Origin: Macrostomum lignano | Lineage: Eukaryota | Assembly: GCA_002269645.1 (NCBI GenBank) | Contig: NIVC01001306.1 | Location: 62,001-126,000, forward strand | DNA length: 64,000 nucleotides | Direction of reading: 5' to 3' | Shown here: positions 56,392 through 64,000 of the stretch, in pieces | Numbering within the stretch: the stretch's first letter is position 1 | How the letters are laid out: each line of letters begins with the position of its first letter | Made by a program: the position numbers and the translations under genes | Notes under the pieces: generated by a model | Database searches by the model: none | Seen by the model: the letters and a program-made list of their open reading frames with translations, nothing else | What the model was told of the DNA's origin: nothing

Positions 56392-58655
56392 AAAGGCCGA
56401 GATCCCAACTGGCATCAGTCAAAGATGTCCAAATCCCAAAGTAAAAGCCGAGATCCCAGCTGGCATCAGTCAAAGATGTCCAAATCCCAAAGTAAAAGCC
56501 GAGATCCCAGCTGGCATCAGTCAAAGAGTTCCAAATCCCAAAGTAAAAGCCGAGATCCCAGCTGGTATCAGTCAAAGATGTCCAAATCCCAAAGTAAAAG
56601 CCGAGATCCCAGCTGGCATCAGTCAAAGATGTCCAAATCCCAAAGTAAAAGCCGAGATCCCAGCTGGCATCAGTCAAAGATGTCCAAATCCCAAAGTAAA
56701 AGCCGAGATCCCAGCTGGTATCAGTCAAAGATGTCCAAATCCCAAATTAAAAGCCGAGATCCCAGCTGGCATCAGTCAAAGATGTCCAAATCCCAAAGTA
56801 AAAGCCGAGATCCCAGCTGGCATCAGTCAAAGATGTCCAAATCCCAAAGTAAAAGCCGAGATCCCAGCTGGTATCAGTCAAAGATGTCCAAATCCCAAAG
56901 TAAAAGCCGAGATCCCAGCTGGCATCAGTCAAAGATGTCCAAATCCCAAAGTAAAAGCCGAGATCCCAGCTGGCATCAGTCAAAGATGTCCAAATCCCAA
57001 AGTAAAAGCCGAGATCCCAGCTGGTATCAGTCAAAGATGTCCAAATCCCAAAGTAAAAGCCGAGATCCCAGCTGGTATCAGTCAAAGATGTCCAAATCTT
57101 AAATTAAAAGCCGAGATCCCAGCTGGCATCAGTCAAAGATGTCCAAATCCCAAATTAAAAGCCGAGATCCCAGCTGGCATTAGTCAAAGAGTTCCAAATC
57201 CCAAGTAAAAGCCGAGATCCCAGCTGGCATTAGTCAAAGAGTTCCAAATCCCAAGTAAAAGCCGAGATCCCAGCTGGTATCAGTCAAAGATGTCCAAATC
57301 CCAAATTAAAAGCCGAGATCCCAGCTGGCATCAGTCAAAGATGTCCAAATCCCAATTAAAAGCCGAGATCCCAGCTGGCATCAGTCAAAGAGTTCCAAAT
57401 CCCAAAGTAAAAGCCGAGATCCCAGCTGGCATCAGTCAAAGATGTCCAAATCCCAAAGTAAAAGTAGAGATCCCAGCTGGCATTAGTCAAAGAGTTCCAA
57501 ATCCCAAAGTAAAAGCCGAGATCCCAGCTGGCATCAGTCAAAGATGTCCAAATCCCAAAGTAAAAGTAGAGATCCCAGCTGGCATTAGTCAAAGAGTTCC
57601 AAATCCCAAAGTAAAAGCCGAGATCCCAGCTGGTATCAGTCAAAGATGTCCAAATCCCAAAGTAAAAGCCGAGATCCCAGCTGGCATCAGTCAAAGATGT
57701 CCAAATCCCAAAGTAAAAGCCGAGATCCCAGCTGGTATCAGTCAAAGATGTCCAAATCCCAAAGTAAAAGCCGAGATCCCAGCTGGCATCAGTCAAAGAT
57801 GTTCAAATCCCAATTAAAAGCCGAGATCCCAGCTGGCATCAGTCAAAGATGTCCAAATCCCAAAGTAAAAGCCGAGATCCCAGCTGGCATCAGTCAAAGA
57901 TGTCCAAATCCCAATTAAAAGCCGAGATCCCAGCTGGCATCAGTCAAAGATGTCCAAATCCCAAAGTAAAAGCCGAGATCCCAGCTGGTATCAGTCAAAG
58001 ATGTCCAAATCCCAAAGTAAAAGCCGAGATCCCAGCTGGTATCAGTCAAAGATGTCCAAATCCCAATTAAAAGCCGAGATCCCAGCTGGCATCAGTCAAA
58101 GATGTCCAAATCCCAAAGTAAAAGCCGAGATCCCAGCTGGTATCAGTCAAAGATGTCCAAATCCCAATTAAAAGCCGAGATCCCAGCTGGCATCAGTCAA
58201 AGATGTCCAAATCCCAAAGTAAAAGCCGAGATCCCAGCTGGCATCAGTCAAAGATGTCCAAATCCCAAAGTAAAAGCCGAGATCCCAGCTGGCATCAGTC
58301 AAAGATGTCCAAATCCCAATTAAAAGCCGAGATCCCAGCTGGCATCAGTCAAAGATGTCCAAATCCCAATTAAAAGCCGAGATCCCAGCTGGCATCAGTC
58401 AAAGATGTCCAAATCCCAATTAAAAGCCGAGATCCCAGCTGGTATCAGTCAAAGATGTCCAAATCCCAATTAAAAGCCGAGATCCCAGCTGGCATCAGTC
58501 AAAGATGTCCAAATCCCAATTAAAAGCCGAGATCCCAGCTGGTATCAGTCAAAGATGTCCAAATCCCAATTAAAAGCCGAGATCCCAGCTGGCATCAGTC
58601 AAAGATGTCCAAATCCCAATTAAAAGCCGAGATCCCAGCTGGCATCAGACAAAGA
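56392..58655 (+). repeat. 50/51-bp minisatellite (gccgagatcccagctggcatcagtcaaagatgtccaaatcccaaagtaaaa), about 44 copies
   Basis: Directly visible; ORFs 56350-58323 are repeat translations. Confidence 0.98.
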
Positions 58656-59787
58656 TTTCCAAATCAAATTTAAAATACCAGCAACTCTGCCCTACTCTTT
58701 ACATTACTGGAACTTTTTGACTCACAGAAGTTGCAGAAGTCTGCAGACTCCATGTTTCCAGATTTACTCAAACCTAACAATTGATAGAAGTATTAAAGTT
58801 CAGAGAATTAATAAAATAAAAAATACACAACTTAACTAGTATTTAGCTTGGAAAAAAACAGGGTGCTTGACACAAGCGTATAAATATGTACCAAGGTATA
58901 GTCCTAGGATTTGAATTATAATATTTTCTGTCTATAATTGTAATAATAGGGGTAAAACAAAGGAACACGGCTTACGGCTACTCTATCTGTTTGATACAGT
59001 CTCAAATTATCTTTTTGTTCTCAAGTAAATATAAAATAACCATAAAATTCATAGCAAAATAATCAAGAGAATTGAATGCGTTACAACATTTCTATCCAGT
59101 TTATTTATTAACTTGTAAACTTTAACAAACTAAAATAAAACGGAAAGCAATTCAAAAGCAACTTAGAATAGTAGTCAGTAGTGTTAGCAGTAGTAGGCAC
59201 CCAAATAAGACAAGAAATCATGCAATTTTATTATATTATAAACGTAATAAAAATTGAAAATGGCGCAATATAGTTCAAAAAACAATCTGGCTTACCTTGA
59301 ATGAGGCATGAAATTTAACTGTGAGCTTTCTCGCTAATACCATCAGAATAATTATATACTATACAGTTTAATAATGTTTGCATTATCTAAATTTATCTTA
59401 AAAATTATTATGCACGAAAACAAATTGCAGGCAATAATGGCTAAGTATAAAAACTATTTATTGGTAAATTTGTGAAAAAAAACTACGGTTTAAAAAATCT
59501 ATTGTCGAATGTTTGACTGGCAATTTTTGTTGCAATCGATTTGTAAAGATAGTGAACTACAAAAATAATCAGTAGAGTTATATAAAGTTACAAAAAATGG
59601 ATTTGTCCATGCAGAAAAACCCTAACGACAAGCACGAATATGTACAGTACACGAATGTAATAGTGCTGAGATTCCCGTTGGCTTAGATCAGTGATTGGCA
59701 AACATGAAGGCCTACAACGACACTCGGAGTCTTTCGAGACTTCACAATAGCAATCCATTCTGCTCAAGGTTTGTGTTGTCTCTTCTC

Positions 59788-59830
<43 letters not shown>

Positions 59831-60160
59831 CTCTTTTTTTCACTCTCACTTTTTCATCTCTCATCCATCCATTCCCTCTCTTCTATACCTGTTTTCCTCT
59901 CTCAGATGGCCTGCAGCCGTGAGCTAGATTCTTATCCAGCCCTCGAGGTACAAAAGTTTGCCAACACCTGACTTAGACGAGCCAGGTGCCATAGTCTTGT
60001 TATGACTTATGAAGACTAGTGCTTACAATAATCTACTTCTATTATTCAGACTGACTGGGTTCTCAAATGTTAAACCTGCTCACACTAAGACAACGGGATT
60101 AGAATTTGCTAATCTGCACACACGCAACAGTATATAATATTAATACACAGTAAATATAGA

Positions 60161-60718
60161 TCAGAAACCGAACATTTCCTGGCTAGCGTAAGTCATATAC
60201 AAGAAGCCATCTTCGTCTCTGTCGCAGTCGTACACTTGGCCTAGGGTGGCTGACATAGCAACTAGGCATTTATTATTCACTAACAGGTAGAACGCCTGAT
60301 TTTGATCGATACGAATGCGCTGCCTAATTATAGCAGCAAATTGGCCAACGGTGAGCTCTTCTGGCACGAGAAACTTAGCCTTGTCCAAGCTAGCTAGCGA
60401 GCGCTCGCGCGGATACCGTTCAACAATAACTGGCACCTTGGCTGGGAAGCGGCATTTAATATGCGCCGATTCAGCCTGGCGCTGGCCTAGGGTCTTCTTA
60501 GCCTTGAACCGGGCAGGCTGCTGGCCCTGCTGGCTACTGGGGCTGGAGGACTGCGCCAGGGCGACTCGTAGCGAACTGGCAGAAAGAGTAGAGAGCTGAC
60601 CGTATTTATTCAGTGCAATCTTATGAATTACTACTTGGGATTGAAATTGATTCTTATGCAGAGAAAAACTCAATTTCAAACTGGATTTCGTCAGTAGTCT
60701 CTGCAGTGCATGCATCAT
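60161..60718 (-). CDS. MAP1LC3: Atg8-family autophagy protein, LC3 (MAP1LC3C-like). The conserved domain lies at about 60510-60161; the true start is uncertain (splice acceptor at 60577-60576)
   Basis: FKAKKTLGQR...FPAKVPVIVERYPRERSLASLDKAKFLVPEELTVGQF...AFYLLVNNKCLVAMSATLGQVY...DEDGFLYMTYASQEMFGF*. The ATG4-cleavable Gly is followed by one residue. Confidence 0.92.
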   Translation of the reverse strand: MMHALQRLLTKSSLKLSFSLHKNQFQSQVVIHKIALNKYGQLSTLSASSLRVALAQSSSPSSQQGQQPARFKAKKTLGQRQAESAHIKCRFPAKVPVIVERYPRERSLASLDKAKFLVPEELTVGQFAAIIRQRIRIDQNQAFYLLVNNKCLVAMSATLGQVYDCDRDEDGFLYMTYASQEMFGF

Positions 60719-62924
60719 TTTTAGTTTGATTGTGTGATTACATGTAGCTTTTTTTAATTCATAAGAAGTTTATCAAATTCTAAAAAAATAGCGTCTATGT
60801 CCCTAAATCCATTATACTAAACGTGAGTAGTATAAACTACTGAGCTCAAAACTTAAGCAACCCATGTCGGCTTTTTCTATTGCCACAATACAAAGTGGCC
60901 TATCTAGGGGATAAATGAGATCTATAGTTGAGACTCAGCTATCTGCTGCATGCAGACACAGACAGCTTGAGATTTTGAATTTTGAAACCTAAATTCATTT
61001 AGTTTTAAATACCTCAGTTATTACAATCCTAATTGTCAGCATATTAAGTTTGCCAATAACGTGAAAGAAGTTAGTATTCTGTTAAAAAAATCATGACTAG
61101 CATTTTAACATTCCAGTGAGAATGAAACTATTCAAGTATAAAAACTACCATACTGTGTACAAATATATTAGTTTGAGTAGACTCCAGGTACCTAAATCCT
61201 TTTGCATTGCAGCTTTGTATCAGCAACTATGACAAGTCGAAAAGGAAGCTTATTATAGTTTTTTCATTGCAAGACTTTCTTCTGCAAAGCTGTGCAAAGC
61301 TCAAAATCTTTGTTATTGAAGGCATGCAAATTCGGAAATCCGATAGATTTGACACCAATACAGATCTGTGTTTGCCAGAGCCTAGTAAGGCCAATACTGA
61401 GCTCTTTTTCCTGGAACCCAGACAATTAATAATTGATCAAGCATTTTCTGGCATAGCTATGACACATGACAAAGTGGCTATATCTGGTGCAGCATTATGC
61501 CTAGTAATGCCAATAAAAGACCATGGTTAACAGTTAATACATTGCCAAAAGTAGATCTTTTTGGAGATGTGAAATGTGTTCCTGAGAGTCAAACTTATTG
61601 AATTAGGCTAAATGAAAACTTCTACATAATGGAAATTGAATATTATTAAACAACATGAAAAGCCTCTTTTACTGACCAAGTCTTGCATTGCCAAGAGAAA
61701 ACTGTTAGAGAGAAGGTTGAATTGTACAAGCCACTATCACTGTCAAATGTTCTATTTCAAGAGTCCTTTCTAATGATTCAGCTATATAGCTCTAGATACA
61801 AGGCAGCTTATATGCTTCCTTAAGTACCAAAGGATACCAAACAAAATGTACTCAAATGTACTCAAATGTACTCAAACATATGTGGCAAAGGCAAGATACA
61901 AAGAGGTATTACATGTATTACAAGCTGTTAGCAAACAATGAATGTGATGACAATGATTCCATTCTAATGAACAGCCTTTTGCCTACTTCTTGGTTGATTA
62001 AGTGTTGACTCTACAAAACTTTTGAATACTAAGCTGCATATTCATAGTCTAAAAGAAGGTAAAAGTTGGCATATCATTTTAGTAAATGGTATAGAATTTC
62101 ATTAGAATTGTACTAAGAATACTGTGGTAGTGGGGCTACTACTACCTGTTGAACTTTTCTGAGTTTTGGACTTTCCCTTTTGTCCCGAGGCTGACCCTAT
62201 CTAACCACCTTGAGGTGCACCCTATGATATAAATTGTCAATTTAATAAATAAGTAGCTTATATACAACTTTTACTTTTCAAATGCAAATGCAATCAAATA
62301 TAAGGTTCATATATAGCAATGCTCCAGACCCCAACATATGGACCCTAACATACAAACATACAACCCCCTATTAAACTTCTTTTGACCTTTATTATATTTT
62401 GTCCTTTAGAGTCTAAATGTAGCAATGCTACTAACCCTAATATATATACTTCTATCACACCTCTTTGGACTCCTAGGGTTTATAGTGCAGGAATGCCATG
62501 GCATCCAAAATATCTCATTTGCTTAATAAGAATAAACATCAAGCATGCATGATATAGGTTGCATAGTTGATTATATATATTTATTTATCAACTAGCCAAT
62601 TAATTTATCTCATGTTTGGCCAAATTGATAATGGCCAATTTAATTATTAAATGTTGAATGAACTAGGACCTATCTTTGATTTATCTATCAAAAAGTTGCT
62701 TTGTCCTTTAGTAGCTAGGTTTTTTGCTATTACTAAGATTCAAAATCATATTCAAAGTCTAATTTAAGATGTAATTTGGAAAGTCAAAATATTATATTCC
62801 TGTTATATAAAAAACTAACTAAGATGAAAAATTGCATTTAAAATCTAATTTGAAAATGCAATCTTAAAAATCAAGATGCTATAATATTTTTATCACAAAA
62901 TCATTGCATACTATTGGATTATAT

Positions 62925-63297
62925 TAGGGGTCCTTAACCTGCAACCTGCGAGCCCTTTTTGTGCAGCCTGCGGCAACTTCTAGTAGTTTACATTAACATT
63001 ATGTGTAGCCTGCTAAGTCTATTATTAGATTCTATTGTGCAGCCTTTGAAAATATGAGTATATGCAACTCCCAAATCATTTAGATTGCTATTTTAGCCAC
63101 TCCTAGCACATAAATATATAGATAGTCAAGAGTAGGAAGGAATGCCTGCTAATATCAATAAGGTTCAAGGCAAATGATGTAGGGGTTGGAGGTTAAAAGG
63201 GTTAAGGGGAGAGAGGGAAGCACGCAGCTTATAGATCCTAAGCCAATTGTCAATGTGTCAATGTAGCCTGCCACCTATAAAAGGTTGGAGACCCATG
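62925..63297. mobile_element. Decayed hAT/Charlie-type MITE
   Basis: TIRs taggggtccttaacct / aggttggagacccatg; subterminal gcaacctgcgagcc (CpG-decayed gcggcccgcgggcc); flanks gattatat / cattagat (6 of 8 match, central TA). Confidence 0.6.
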
Positions 63298-63348
63298 CAT
63301 TAGATGATAGTATAGGGTGGCCTACAAAATGCACCTGATTTAAAACAA

Positions 63349-63702
63349 TAACTTTTGTCATTTGCAACCAATGTAAACAAAATTCTAAAACAATATTGCA
63401 ACAAGTATAGCATTATATTTGTAAAATTTATATACTTTACCACTCACACTCATATACACAAAGCATAGTGATTTGTAGTGATATAGCATAGTGATATCTT
63501 GTATATTCCTCTTATATATATACAAGAGGAAGTCTAAAGTTGAATGTTAAAAAAAACAAGTTCAAGGCATGCACTGCATTCACTATGCTTTGTGTATATG
63601 AGTGTGAGTGGTAAAGTATATAAATTTTACAAATATAATGCTATACTTGTTGCAATATTGTTTTAGAATTTTGTTTACATTGGTTGCAAATGACAAAAGT
63701 TA
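63349..63702. repeat. Perfect 123-bp inverted repeat with a 108-bp spacer
   Basis: Positions 63349-63471 are the exact reverse complement of 63580-63702, checked base by base. Confidence 0.97.
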
Positions 63703-64000
63703 CGAGTATGTATAATCAGTGTTGGGCACCAGTCCGTTAATAAGTGTTAATCCGTTAATAAGCGTCAATAAGCGTTAAGTTAAGATTTTTCATTAACGTT
63801 AACGGACTATTGTTAAGATTTTTTTGAACTAACGGATTAACAAATTTGCATTAAAAATTTTGTGAATTAGTGATAAATTCATCGTTAACGGTAGTGTCTA
63901 TGTCAATGACCAAAGACGCAAAGAAAGAACGAAAAATAGAAGTCTTACAAGAAGTTTAAACATTACGAACGTATTTGAGCTTACCTATATGCCTAAATAT

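Noticed and set aside
60550-60718. Treating the ORF-track start (60718) as the true LC3 start, and 55755 as the MRPL42 start
   Set aside because: Both extensions cross strong polypyrimidine-AG acceptors and look non-coding; MRPL42 has a good ATG at 55671.
61207-61530. 107-aa ORF
   Set aside because: No recognisable motif, AT-rich, and ORFs are expected by chance in this composition.
63717-64000. Possible hAT-like element start (cagtgttgggca followed by ttaacg/ccgttaa repeats)
   Set aside because: The other end is outside the window, so TIR and TSD cannot be verified.

Overview
Eukaryotic animal genomic DNA. GC-rich exons, repeat-packed introns and TTAGGG-like motifs suggest a free-living flatworm such as Macrostomum, but this is inference only. 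Six protein-coding genes were reconstructed by hand with phase-consistent GT-AG introns. (1) An ionotropic glutamate receptor-family gene lacking the amino-terminal domain (- strand, runs off the left edge). (2) A divergent 8-exon DEG/ENaC channel (+, 715 aa), head-to-head with gene 1. (3) A catalytically dead, type-II-membrane cholinesterase-like, neurotactin-like gene (-, 727 aa). (4) A vasa/DDX4-type DEAD-box helicase with five CCHC knuckles (-, 744 aa). (5) MRPL42 (-), ending only 325 bp upstream of vasa, a candidate trans-spliced operon. (6) An LC3C-like Atg8 (-). About 30 different micro- and minisatellite arrays (4-60 bp units) fill introns and intergenic DNA, and they explain most long ORFs in the track. 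Also present: two tRNA-headed SINE families (one with a MIR/CORE-like domain), several hAT-type MITEs, a foldback-like element and a LINE 3' remnant. The most notable unexplained structures are a 151-bp perfectly complementary inverted core flanking five in-frame exons of the DEG/ENaC gene, a 2.35-kb nearly CpG-free domain and a perfect 123-bp inverted repeat. No CRISPR array or true tRNA/rRNA gene was found. All gene models and repeat counts were done by eye and need RNA-seq and database confirmation.
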